Assembly (NCBI GenBank): GCA_026936335.1
Contig: JAPMXV010000042.1
Coordinates: 647,096-711,095 of the forward strand
Length of the DNA stretch: 64,000 nt
Direction of reading: 5' to 3'
DNA from: Mantamonas sphyraenae STR306
Lineage: Eukaryota > Protista > CRuMs
How positions within the stretch are numbered: position 1 is the first letter of the stretch; each line of letters starts with the position of its first letter. Shown in pieces: positions 10,643 to 25,434 of the stretch. A program made the translations under genes and the position numbers. The notes beneath the pieces were generated by a model. That model did no database searches. It saw only the letters and a program-made list of their open reading frames with translations, and had not been told where the DNA came from.

Positions 10643-11541
10643 TCAATTTAGTGAATCCAGCACCCGGTGAAACAGTAGCGTGAACATCTCTGTGGTGAAG
10701 ACGTACGTCAGCCCGGTTTCCATGCGCACACGACTCCGTACAAGGCCACAGTGCGTCCTGTGGTGGACTTGGGTCTGCTATGGCTTACCATACACGTTAT
10801 CGCCGCTCTTGGCTGACGTTTCAAAATAATAAAACGAGTACTGGTCTGCATACTCCTGGCCCTCCTCTGAGGAGACGGCGCGTTGCTTGGTGTCGCACTT
10901 GTTTGCACAAAGCACGACAACGGGTGGCAGCCCGTATTTGCGAGCCTCGTCCAACCAGTCGTCCAAGGCCTCAAACGTGCGGCGTGACGACACGTCGTAT
11001 ACCAAGAGTGCCTGTGCGTGTGGGCGAGCGATGGAAATGTGTCTGTGGCGTGAGCGGGCGGGGGTGGAACGAACTGAACACAACGGATTCTTGCGCGCCA
11101 AAAACCCACCCCCTGTGCCATATCGTAGAACTCGTTGCGCACTTCCAGGTGGTACTCTGAGCCGCTCATGTCCCAAATGTTGACGCGCACGTCCTGGCCG
11201 TCGATGTCCACCTTGTGCACGCCGTAGTCGACACCAATGGTTGAGTAGTACTTTTCCACAAACTGGGCAAAGGAAGGGTCAGTGGCTGCCAAACTGCTCT
11301 TGTATGTGTGTGTGTGTGTGCGTGTGTGTGTGTATGTGCTGAATTGTGCGGATTGGTGGTCACGCAACGATACAGAGTCTGGCCGTACCTTTTCTTCTGC
11401 AAAGCGTTTCACAAGGCAGGTCTTGCCGACGCGCACTTGGCCCATGGTAACAATCTTGATGCGGCGTATCTTGGCCACTTCAGCAGAGATCGTCTCCGTG
11501 TCCAACGAGGGGCGCTGGATGACGTCCTCGGAGCTGCTCAT
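10643..11541 (-). CDS. RJL-family (DNAJC27/Rbj-like) small GTPase without J-domain; 4 exons
   Basis: IKIVTMGQVRVGKTCLVKRF | STIGVDYGV...VNIWDMSGSEYHLEVRNEFY | ALLVYDV...NKCD...ETSAK | EMFTLLFHRVLDSLN*. DYGV and EVRNEFY are RJL signatures. No CAAX motif. Confidence 0.85.
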
Positions 11542-11696
11542 CACGTGGCAGAGCAGTTTGAATTGACTTCCACGTCGCACTCGCAATCCATGGCATGTGA
11601 AGGGTGTCTTGGCAAAACCAGTGATTCCTTGTTGTTCTCCGCCTTGAAACCCACATGTGCTGGTGATGGTGCGCATCGCGGGGCAGTCAATTCCAG

Positions 11697-11705
11697 ATGA
11701 GCAGC

Positions 11706-11739
<34 letters not shown>

Positions 11740-14700
11740 GTAGTAGCAGCAGCAGCAGCAGCGACGAGGGTACGCGCCAGTCGCTGAAGCGTGAGCAAAT
11801 GGACGACGACGAGGAGATGGATCTGGAGGATGAGGACTTTTTTGCAGAAGAGAAGCGCACAAAGATGCAGCGCACAGAGAGCGCGATGAGCAGTTCCTCG
11901 TACTCGCTGGTTGTCGACGATTACGACGAAGATGAGGATATGGTACGTGTGGCGTGCAATGCATGGTGGTGGAGGTGCGGGAGAACCTTCTTCTGTGCGT
12001 CTCAGAGAGACCGAGAGAGAAAGAAAGTGTGTTGTGTGCCAATCGGCGACTGACGTGCGGCTGATCACTCGTTTCCGTGCTCAGTTTCCCGAGGAGTTTG
12101 AACTCGATGAGTACAAACTGGACGCGCTGGACGCTGTTGCAGACATCGAGAAGCAGTGGAGCAGGCCGCCCCTGCCCGAGCTGGATCCCCTGGACGATAC
12201 CATCGGTAGGTTGCGGATCTCGGGAAAAGCGCGCCAAATTGGCGCGTTTTTGGTGGCGTTTTGTTGACTGCGTCACATGTGTTTGCCGTGCCCATGTGTA
12301 TCCGCCACGGCTCACATCGTTCCCCCCACACAGTGTTCCAGCAGCTGGATGTTGACTACACAGTGATTCCGCAGCCTGTGCCTGGCATGCCGGGCAAGCA
12401 GAAGGGCAAGGTTCCCGAAGTGCGAATGTACGGCGTGACACAAGAGGGCAACTCGGTGGCTGTGCACGTCCATGGCTTCCTCCCCTACATGTACATAGAG
12501 GCACCGCCCAACTTCTCGGGCGACAAGTGCGCCGAGGTGCGGCAGTTCCTCAATGACCAGCTGCAAAAGCGAGTGCGTGATCGAGACCAGTGCGACGAGT
12601 ATTGCCTCGCTGTGGACCTCGTGGAAAAGAGCTCCATCATGGGCTACGACCCAAACGGCACTGTCGTGCCGTTCTTGCGCATCTGCGTCTCGCTGCCCTC
12701 ACACATCCCGACTCTGCGAAAGCTCTGTTCCGACGGCATTGCCATCCCCGGCGCGTCCTATCGCGAGTACCAGACCTACGAGGCCAATCTCCAGTTTGTC
12801 CTGCGCTTCATGATTGACCAAAAGGTGGTGGGTGGTAACTGGATCGAGCTGCCTGCAGGCACCTACAAGGTGCGCTCTGCAAGTCGCAAGGAGCTGCGTT
12901 GCCAGCTGGAGGTTGATGTGGCCTACGACGAGTTTGTCAGCCACGAACCCGTCGGAGATTGGTCGCACCTCGCTCCCATGCGCATCATGAGCTTTGACAT
13001 CGAGTGTGCCGGTCGCAAGGGCCACTTTCCTGACGCAAAAATCGACAAGGTCATCCAGATTGCCAATGTGGTGCAGGTGCAAGGCGAATCGGACACCCTC
13101 ATCAAGAACGTGATGGTGCTGGGCACCTGTGCAAACATTGTGGGCACAGACGTCCTCACATACTCTTCCGAGGCCGATTTGCTCATGGCCTGGCGGCGCT
13201 TCGTGGAGATCTGCGACCCAGACATCATCACGGGCTACAACATCGTCAACTTTGATCTGCCTTACCTCATTGACCGCGCAGCGGCTCTTGACAGCACGCA
13301 GTGCAGTGGGTTCCCGCTCCTTGGGCGGGTTATGCGCAAGCGATCCGTCATCAAGACTCAGACGTTCTCCTCCAAGGCATACGGCACCCGCGAGAACAAG
13401 GACATCAACATTGAGGGCCGCGTGCAGTTTGACCTTTTGCAAATCATCAGGCGCGAGCACAAGTTGAGCTCGTACACGCTCAACGCAGTCAGCGCAACCT
13501 TTCTCAACGAGCAGAAGGAGGATGTGCACCATTCCATCATCACAGAGTTGCACGAAGGCAACGACGAAACCCGCCGACGCCTGGCTGTGTACTGCGTGAA
13601 AGACGCCGCGCTTCCGTTGAAGCTGCTCAACAAGCTCATGGCTCTGATCAATCACATCGAGATGGCGCGTGTGACGGGCGTGCCCATTCCGTGGCTTCTG
13701 ACACGCGGTCAAACCATCAAGGTCATCTCGCAGCTGTACCGCAAGGCCAACGCCATGGACATGCTCATTCCGGTCGTGCCTTCGCAGGCCAACGGCGACG
13801 CAGTCGCCTACGAAGGCGCCACGGTGATTGAACCTGTGCGTGGCTTCTACCGAGAACCCATTGCCACTCTCGACTTTTCCTCACTGTATCCGTCCATCAT
13901 GATGGCCAACAACCTGTGCTACTCGACTCTGATTAGCAAAGCCAAGTCGCGGGAGATGCCCAAGGACGATTTTATTGTCACGCCCACAGGGGACCACTTT
14001 GCGCGCGCGCATGTGCGCAAAGGACTGTTGCCAATCATTTTGGAGGAGCTGCTGAGTGCGCGAAAGAAGGCCAAGGCCGACCTGAAGAAAGAGACGGACA
14101 AGTTCAAGAAGGGGGTGCTCAACGGACGCCAGCTGGCGTTGAAGATCTCAGCCAACTCCGTGTACGGTTTCACGGGTGCCACGATCGGCAAGCTGCCGTG
14201 TCTGGAGATTTCCAGCAGCACGACTGCATTTGGACGCGAGATGATCGAGCTGACCAAGAACACGGTGGAGAAGGAGTATCCCGGGGCCAAGGTCGTCTAC
14301 GGTGACACAGATTCAGTGATGATCAAGTTTGCCAACGCGGAAACGGTGGCCGAGTCGATGGAACTGGGCCATGTGGCCGCGAAGCTGGTGACGGCAAAGT
14401 TCCCGCAGCCGATCCGGTTGGAGTTTGAAAAAGTGTACTACCCGTACCTGCTGATCAACAAGAAACGCTACGCAGGGCTGTACTGGACCAATGCAGACAA
14501 GTACGATAAGTTGGACACCAAGGGTATCGAAACGGTGCGCCGCGACAACTGTTTGCTTGTGCGCAAGGTGATCAGCACCTGCCTGAACAAGATTCTTATC
14601 GAACAGGATCTGGACGGTGCGATCGAGTACACCAAAGGTCAGATCAGCGACCTGCTGCAGAACAGGCTGGACCTGTCCTACCTGGTGATCACCAAGTCGC

Positions 14701-15356
14701 TGAGCAAGGACAACGAGCAGTACAACGCGTCGCAGGCACACGCAGCGCTGGCTGCACGCATGCGCAAGCGTGACCCGGGCTCTGCACCGCGGGTCGGTGA
14801 CCGTGTACCCTACGTCATGATCAAGGCGGGCAAGAATGCAAAGGGAGTGGACAAGAGCGAGGACCCCATCTACGTGCTGGAGAACAATCTGAGCATCGAC
14901 ACGACGTACTACCTTGAGAATCAGCTGTCCAAACCGCTGCTGCGCATCTTTTCACCCATCATTGGTGAGCGGGACGCCGAAACGCTGCTGAAGGGGTCGC
15001 ACACGTTTTCCAAGCAGAAACAGACACCCACGCATGGGAAGGGCATCATGAAGTTTGCAGTGAAACATCTGACGTGTATCGGGTGCCGTTCCGTGCTCTC
15101 GGGATCGGAAAAGTCATTGTGCAACAACTGCAAGGAGAACGAAGCATTCTACTTCCGGCGCTCGATGGATCGTCTGGCAGAAACAGAGCAGCTGCATGCC
15201 AAGCTGTGGACTCAGTGCCAGCGCTGCCAGGGCTCTCTGCATCAGGACGTGTTGTGCACGAACAAGGATTGTCCCATTTTCTACTCGCGCAAAAAGGTCC
15301 AGAAGGACATGAAGGAGGCACAGAAGGTGGTGGATCGGTTCAACATCAACTGGTGA
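11697..15356 (+). CDS. POLD1: DNA polymerase delta catalytic subunit; 3 exons
   Basis: Exonuclease SFDIEC and GYNIVNFDLPY; polymerase DFSSLYPSIM, KISANSVYGFTG, YGDTDS; C-terminal CysA/CysB (CIGC...CNNC, CQRC...C...C). Introns GTACGT at 11943 and GTAGGT at 12206. Confidence 0.97.
11700..11763 (+). repeat. (AGC/AGT)n trinucleotide run encoding N-terminal poly-Ser of POLD1
   Basis: About 21 AGC/AGT units directly after the ATG. Similar poly-Ser runs occur at ~23785-23840 and ~31815-31868. Confidence 0.9.
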
Positions 15357-15430
15357 GCAGGTTGCTGAGAGGTATGTGTGGTGTGTGTGGGTGCGAATTC
15401 GAATGAACACCACCTCGACCACAACAAAAA

Positions 15431-17668
15431 ATGTCAGCTTCCCGACACCTGAAGGCCTTGGGCATTGCATTGCCGCAGAGCAAGACATCGCATGGGCGCA
15501 GGGTGGCACCGACACGACAGATGGCCACCGTAATGAGTGCGCGTCGAAAGCACAAGCAGTGGACGCGCAACAAGTTTGGGACGGCGCACTACAACGAGAT
15601 GCGTGTGGGCACCGAGGAAGCTGGACGCGGGAGGACACAGCAGCGCATGTCTGGAGGCAACAGGGTGGATTTGTCTGCCTTGGTCGAGGAGCAGCGTGCC
15701 ATGCAGCGAAAGAGGTCGAGCAGCCGGGAAAGTCGAGACGACTCGGCACTGCCAACGCCGAGCAGCAAACGCTCGCGCGTAGAAAGCGATGTTCACGAGC
15801 AGGACGACGACCGCATGCTGTAAGTTGGCCACCAGCATGCATAAAGAGTGTGACGAACGCCCACACGTGTGTGCGTGTGTGTTTGTGTGTGTTCCAACGT
15901 GCATGCGAAAGTCGCAGGAGGTGTCAGGAAACGCGCTGATGGGTGCGGGGTGATCAGCACTTTCGCGCCAAAAACGGGGAGACAGCTGGTGACACGTGCT
16001 GGCTTGGAATGTCGCACGCTGGAGCAGCGCATATGGACGTGATGACCGCGCGCCACCAACTGACACGGTGTGCGTGTGCATTGCATGTGCATCTTGTGCA
16101 CACACAGGGCGTCGACACCGAGCCGGCAGGTGATGTCTCGGGAGCAGCTCCCGCCAAAACACAAAACGAAGCCGCGTGCGACAGTGAAACACCTACAGAT
16201 GGAGTCACAGTCGCAGGTGCATGTCAACACATCCACGCACGGCGAAGGCAAGCGGGTGCGGCAGTTGGATGATGTGGAGCGTCGCAACTACGTGAAACGC
16301 GAGTTGGGACGGCACTTTAACCGCACTGCTGCGGAGGCGCAGGAGAGCAATGAGGACAACGCAGACGAGGCGCAGGAGGTTGCGGATGCGATGGAGGTTG
16401 TTGTGGTGGAGGAGAACGAAGAGGACGAGGAGGAGGACGATATTCAGCGCGCCGTGCGAATGTCGATGCAGGCGAGGCAGCTGCTCGGCAGCGACGACAC
16501 GCATGAAGACAGGGGATCACAGGACGAGATGGATAGTGATGACGATGACAACGATGACAACGATGATGACGGCAGCAGCAGCAGCAGCGAGGAGGACCCG
16601 GCCGAGTTTACAGTGCTTTTCAACAGCCCGACGGACACACGTGCGCGTGTGGCACGTGACAGGGCACACCGCTCGCCATCAGTGCACAGGGAACACACCG
16701 GCATCACAACTCACCAAGGGCCACGTGCACACGCACAGAGCAGCAGCAGCACCAGCACCAGCACCAGCACCAGCAGCTCCTCTTCACCCGGTCGTTCAAG
16801 CACACTCGTGCAGACACGACTCGATCTGGGACAAAGCCTCAAGACCACAAGGACATGCTTATTGTGCGGTGGCGAGTACGACTCTGTCGACGAGTCGTGT
16901 GTGGAGACGCACAAGGTGTGCACGCTGACCCTGGAGCGTGGTGCTGCTTGGCGTGGCGCACTGCCCAGCGAACGTCTCACCCTCAGCACACATGTTTCGG
17001 GCAAGTATGACTGTGTGTTCCAAGTGACGCGCTCCCAGCTGGACTCGGACGCCGTACGCAACACGCTGCGCATGATGGAACTCGACCTTGGTCTTCCCTT
17101 CTCCATCGAGGCAGGCCAAACCCTGTATTTTTATTTGGATGCCACCCGCAAGCGTATTGTGGCAGCCGTCGTCGGCCAAGCCAACGTCCGCGCCGAAAAG
17201 ATGCGCCTGGTTCGCAAGCAGACTTCTTCGTCCGACGACGACTCTGCAGCCTCTTCTTCCTCTTCTTCCTCCACATCCTCCTCACTTCGCAAGCAAACCC
17301 AGCGCAAACTCGACATGCTCAAGCGCGCTCGGCCCCTTACATCCATCCTCGCGGGATCGGCACGGTCGTCCTCGTCGTCCTCGTCCACCACCTCGTCCAC
17401 CTCTTCCAACGTGTCATCTGTGGCTGAGGACACCGAATGGGTACGCACGGGAGAGTATCAACGCTGCAAAATCGGTGTCGTCCGCATGTGGACGCATCAA
17501 TCTTTCCGAAGACAGGGTAAGTGTCGCACCATCATCGACTACATGCGCAAAAAGATGGTTGTGGGCTCGGTCAAGAAGAGCGAATTGGCCTTTACCGTCA
17601 CCACATCTCTGGGTGAGTTCTTTGTCGACGACTATGCTCGCCAACAGGGAGTACGATTCGTTTTTTGA
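15431..17668 (+). CDS. ESCO: Eco1/ESCO-like cohesin acetyltransferase; 2 exons
   Basis: Phase-2 intron 15820-16107. QTRLDLGQ + CLLCGGEY...H zinc-finger region and C-terminal GVVRMWT..FRRQG...ELAFT...G match the Eco1 architecture. Confidence 0.8.
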
Positions 17669-17746
17669 CCAGAGCAGAAAGAGAATGATTCGCAATGAAC
17701 TGAACTGACCGTCTTCATTTCCGCGCTTGCTTCAGTCGCGACTGTT

Positions 17747-20700
17747 TTACGAAGACGAAGAGGACGATCCAGCCTCGCCCACTTGGGAGGCGATCCACTC
17801 TTGGGCAGCCACAATGGCGTCGGAAGCCTTGGAGACGTCCTCGCCTGTGCCCTGGGCCTTTTGGGCGCTGCCTCCACCACGGCCGTCAACGGCAGCGGTG
17901 ACAGCCTTCATCCAGTCGCCGGCACTGATGACGATGACTGGGCCTTGGACACGCCTGCCACCATCTGCAGCTTGCCCTTCTTCAAGGCCGGGTTCTGGCT
18001 GACGAAAAACACGGGCGTCTCCTTGGAGGCCTTGTGTACCTCGCCCACAAAGTCGCGCATGCTCTTTGCGTTCAGACCCTCGCCAAGTTCGGCCACCACA
18101 AAGTTGCTGCCGTTGTTTTTGAGATCCTCAACGATGGCAGCCACGCGCTCTTGGCTCATGGCAGCTGCGTTGGCAACCTGGGCCTTCAGGAACTGCGAAT
18201 GTGCGGTGCTGAGGCGGTCGATTGCAGCACGGCACTTGGTGCGCACCACGTAGGGCACCTCGATGCTCTCCAGACGCTCCTTGAAAGCCTTGATCGGCGT
18301 GTCCAGGGCAGCACTCATCTCCATGGCCTCCACCTCGGCCAGAGCAGCCTCCATCTCCTCACCGGCCTGGACCAGCGCACGTGCCTTGTCCCCCGTGTAT
18401 GCCACCACACGGCGCACACCACGAGCAATGCCCTCCTCCTGCACAATGGAGAAGCTCACAGCCACGCCGGTCTTGGTCAAGTGCGTGCCGCCGCAGAACT
18501 CCACGCTGTAGTTCATCCACTCCGGGTTGGCCGGCGACTCCAGCAGGGCAGCAATGGGCACACCCACAGACACCACACGCACGGGATCAGGGTACACCTC
18601 GCCAAACACGGCGCGCAGGGTCTGGATCTTCTTGGCCTGGCGAAGGGGAACCACCTCGGTGTACACATCGAGATCGTTGGAAATGACGGCGTTGCACACA
18701 GCCTCCACCTGCTCCAGTGCCTCGGTGGGCACGGGTCCCTTGAAGGAAAAGTCGAAGCGCAGACGCTCACCGTCCACCAGCGATCCGCGCTGGTGGCAGC
18801 CTTCGCTGACCTTGTTGCGCAGAGCGTAGTTGAGCACGTGCGTGAGGGTGTGGTTGCTGGCCACGGGACTGCGTTGTTCGTAGTCCACCTCCAGCGTCAC
18901 TGTGTCGCCCACCTTCAGGCTGCCGTTGGTGAGCTTGCCAATGTGCAGCACGTAGCCGCCGTACACCTGGCAGTCAGTGACATCCAGACGCACGGACGGA
19001 TCGCTGCTCAGCGACAGTGTGCCCTTGTCGGCCACCTGGCCACCGCTCTCGGCGTAGTAGTTGGTCTCGGCACACAGGACACCCACTGTGTCGTCCGTTG
19101 CCTCCAGAGCGTCCACAAGGCCCTCCTCCAGGGTGACAAGAGCCAGGATGTTGCTGTTGATGGATTCGTTCCACACATACTTGGCAGCATCGTCGGTGGT
19201 GGCCAGATCCAGGCGCTTGACCTCTCCCAGCAGGTCCACGGTCAGCGACACGGTCTTTTCGCCCGTGCCCTTGGCCGATGCGCGCGAGCGCTCCTTGGCC
19301 TCCTCCATGCAGGCGTCAAACTCGCTTTGAAGCACCTTGACGTCGTACTCGATGGCCATCAGCTCGGTGAGATCGTAGGGGAAGCCGTAGGTGTCGTACA
19401 GCTTGAACGTCTCTTCGCCGCTGATGTGCCTGGTCTCGTCCACGTTGTCGACCAGGGAGCGGAAGTGACGCAGACCATTGTCCAGCGTCCTGGCAAATGC
19501 GTCTTCCTCCTCCTCAATGGTGTCCACGATGATGTCCTTGTACTGGATGATTTCCGGGAACTGTTCGCCCATCTGTTCGACAAGGGTGGGCACGAGGCGA
19601 GACAGGAAGTGTTCGCCGGCACCGAGGTTCTCGTGGCCATAGCGGTAGGCACGACGCAGAATGCGACGCACGACATAGCCGCGTCCCTCGCTGTTGGGAA
19701 TGCCGCCGTCAGCAATGGCAAAGGTGATGGTGCGCAGATGGTCGGCAACAACACGGTAGGCCATGTCCACGCGCCCTTCGTCTTCGTCACCCATCTTGGC
19801 CGTGTAAGGATGCGGGGCGTTGGTCTCGCGATGGATGGCCTCGAAAAGCGGGGCAAACACATCTGTGTCGTAGTTGCTGTACTTGCCCTGGAGGATGCAG
19901 GTGACACGCTCAAAGCCCATGCCTGTGTCCACATGCTTGGCCGGCAGCGTCTTGAGCACGTCGGCGCTCTCGCGGTTGTACTGCATGAACACCAGGTTCC
20001 AGATCTCAATCACGGTCGGATCGTCCTGGTTGACCAGACTTGCAGCGTCTCGGCCCTGTGTGCGGTGTGTGGACAGGTGGGCGGATAGGTTCGGCGTGCG
20101 GTGTGTCGTTTACCACAGTGGCCCGTGCTGTGGTGTCAGTCGCTGTGCGTGGTTGCGTTCACTAAGCAAGCAACGGCTGCGGGAACATTCTGTTCCCGGG
20201 GACTGGGGCGAAACGGCCAGGCGAACCAACGCCTGCTCAGTTCCGGCTGTGGAGCGCAGGTCAAACAACAAAACACAGCCAGTAGAGCATGGGTGGCATT
20301 GCAGAAGCCAAAAGGACACATGCAACAGGCGGCGTGGCGACCCCAGCACTCAGGTGGGAGCCTGGACGGATTCGCCGGAATGCGAATGAGGCTGGGAAAG
20401 GTGCTGACCGAGGAAAAAACGCAACGTACGCCGACAATGTCGTAGTGGATCTCGGAGCAGGGACCACAGGGGCCCGTATCTCCCATCTCCCAGAAGTTGT
20501 CCTTGGCGTCGCAGCCGAGGATGTGCGAGGCAGGCAGGTACTTGAGCCAGAGCTCGCGTGCTTCGTCGTCGCACTCGACCTCGTCGCTGCCGCAAAAGTA
20601 GGTGGCATACATGCGCTCAGGGTCCAAGCCGTACGTGTTGACGAGCAAATCCCATGCCATGTCGATGGCCTCCTCCTTGAAGTAGTCACCAAAGGACCAG

Positions 20701-21029
20701 TTGCCCAGCATCTCAAAGAAGGTGTGGTGGTAGGTGTCCTTGCCGACGTCGTCCAAATCGTTGTGCTTGCCACCAGCACGGATGCACTTTTGGGTGCTGG
20801 CGGCGCGCTTGAGAGTGGCAAACTCCGTCTTGGGGTCCACCGTGCCCAGGAAGATGCTCTTGAACTGGTTCATGCCAGCGTTGGCAAACAGCAGGGTGGG
20901 GTCGTCCAGCGGCACCACGGGCGATGAGTCGATGATTGCATGCTCGTTCTTCTGTTCAAAATGGTCCAGGAATGTCTGGCGCACCCTTGAGGCGGGCCAT
21001 TCAATGTCTGACGATGTCGAAGAGGACAT
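17747..21029 (-). CDS. AARS1: Alanyl-tRNA synthetase (eukaryotic type); 2 exons; apparent 1-nt frameshift near 17930-17938
   Basis: [66 protein letters not shown], editing NHTLTH and EFCGGTH. C-Ala tail AGDWMKAV...DGRGGG..KAQGTG lies in a shifted frame ending at TAA 17747. Intron ~20428-20057. Confidence 0.95.
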
Positions 21030-21104
21030 GAGGTCTTGAAAGTTTTGTTTTTGGTTTGGGTGGCTGCGTCGACGCATCCCACTCGTTTCCCCATCATCGC
21101 ACAC

Positions 21105-21491
21105 TCACAACACAGCCACGGCAACACTGGATCCTGCCATGACAAGGGCAACCGGCACCCACAGCATCTTCTCCTTCTTGCTGGGACTGGCTGCGTTTGC
21201 AAGCAAGGTGAGGCAGCAGAAGCCAAAAACGACCCAAATGACGACGGTGCTGGTCTGGAACAGGTCTTGGAACAAGAGACGACCACGCACGAGGACCACC
21301 AGGATGAAAAACACAAGAACCAGAGCGTTGAAAACGCTGGCGATGCGCATCTTTCGTGGGAGGACACCCGGCCACTTGCCGCCGTTGGAGCACTCACCCC
21401 ACGGAGCCCCTGCAGCCAAAGCAAGTTGGAACGCGACTACTGCAGATGCAAACACAGCAAACACCAAAGCCAAAGCCGCTGCAGAATCCAT
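21105..21491 (-). CDS. Small 4-TM membrane protein resembling a widespread bacterial uncharacterised family
   Basis: 128-aa intronless ORF with four hydrophobic segments and FQLALAAGAPWG..GG..PG.LP...R.AS and SKKEK.LW.PV motifs. Confidence 0.75.
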   Translation of the reverse strand: MDSAAALALVFAVFASAVVAFQLALAAGAPWGECSNGGKWPGVLPRKMRIASVFNALVLVFFILVVLVRGRLLFQDLFQTSTVVIWVVFGFCCLTLLANAASPSKKEKMLWVPVALVMAGSSVAVAVL

Positions 21492-21686
21492 GCCTTTTCT
21501 TTCGGGTCAAAAAAGTGCTGTGAGCGTCTGCGCAGCGAGCGACCGCATGCATTGCGCATGCGTATGGATGCACGGCCACGCATTGCATTGACGCAGATTG
21601 TTTGTGTGTGCACGTGGACCAGGGTGAGAAGCATGTGCACACGACGGTCTCGCCAAACCAACAGAAGAGGCACTGCTCCACGCTCC

Positions 21687-24110
<2,424 letters not shown>

Positions 24111-24152
24111 GCGACAGAGGCACAACAATGGACACACCCTGTTCAGGGGATC

Positions 24153-25120
24153 CCAATCACCACTCGCACCATGTCGTCAGTATGCTGCCGCTGTGTGGTA
24201 TGTTGTCGTGCCCACAACAGCGCAGCCGCCCGCCGAGCCAGCCAAAAACTCAACACAGATGGTGAGTGTGCACCTGCTGGTGCTGCAAGAGTGATATGGT
24301 GTCGAGTCGAAGATGGGGTGTGAGGCACGTGGCGGTGGAGTCCATGGAGCATCCAGAAGTGAAGGTTGTCCCGCACCACTGAAGGCGGGTTGCCGGCAGG
24401 ATCTCCAGCCGCCGATGGAGGAGGCAGGAGGCAAGGAGGAGTTGCCATGTGTGAACCACGAGGGGATATGGTCACGGGAGAAGGACTCAGGGGCAAAGAG
24501 GAGGACGTGTGTGGTGTGTGTGGATGTGGAGGGACAAAGATGTGGCGGCGCATGCATTTTTTTCGTGGCGGGCGGGAGAGGACGAAGGGCTAACGCAGTA
24601 CTGGGGACGACACACAGACCAAGGGTACCTTTAGCCAGGGACGTCGCCACAACAAGACACACACGTCGTGCATCCGCTGCGCACGTGTGTCGTTCCACAT
24701 CCAGAAGAAGACCTGTGCGTCTTGCGGCTACCCCGACCGCCGTATGCGCAAGTGTAAGTTTGAATGGAGGCGGGAAAGGGGCAAGGGGGCATATGGAGAG
24801 ACGCGGGGGGTAATGGGAAGGTGTGGAGGAAGAGTGGGCAGTGGGATGGGGGCAAGAGGACGGGAGAGCGGGCGTGGGTGTGGAGAGGGGCGGAGAAAGA
24901 GGCGGAAGTGGGTCGCATTTTGGGAGGCCCCCCGTTTTGGCCGGTGCAGAAGATTGGCCGGCGGCGCGAGAAGGGTGTGGGGACATGGAAAGAGAGGAAG
25001 GGGAGAGGCGTGCGTGTAGAGGAGGGAGAGGAAGGGTGGATGTGGGGCGGAAAGGGATGGAGGGGGAGAGTGCAGAGGTGGGATTGGGTTCAGGTTTTCG
25101 CCCAGCACAACATCAGCGCT

Positions 25121-25152
<32 letters not shown>

Positions 25153-25371
25153 ACATGAACGCAACCACAGTCAACTGGGGCATCAAGGCCAAGCGACGAC
25201 GCACGACCGGCACTGGCCGCATGCGCTACCTGAAGCACATGGCCCGCCGCGCCAAGAACAACTTCCGTGAGGGCACTCAGGCCCCGAGCGTCAAGCGCGC
25301 TTAAGCGACAGGAATTGCAATTGGGAAAATGAACACGGTTTCAGGTTTTTGCTTCATTCATCAATGCGGCA
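24153..25371. repeat. Inverted repeat, left copy (~1.22 kb, ~99% identical to 33320-34539)
   Basis: Reverse complement matches 33320-34539 end to end. I count about 12 differences by eye, all outside the RPL37 exons. Confidence 0.97.
24259..25304 (+). CDS. RPL37: 60S ribosomal protein L37 (eL37), copy A; exons 24259-24261, 24618-24753, 25171-25304
   Basis: M|[45 protein letters not shown]|[22 protein letters not shown]...NNFREG. Confidence 0.97.
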
Positions 25372-25434
25372 GTCCAGTCCAACGACGTTGCGCAGCGACT
25401 GGAGAGAAATCACAAACGGACCCACGAGTCACTA

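Noticed and set aside
21540-21600. GCATGC/TGCGCATGCG palindromes in the NDR promoter (NRF1-like)
   Set aside because: Not consistently present in the other bidirectional promoters, and the genome is generally rich in alternating purine-pyrimidine tracts.
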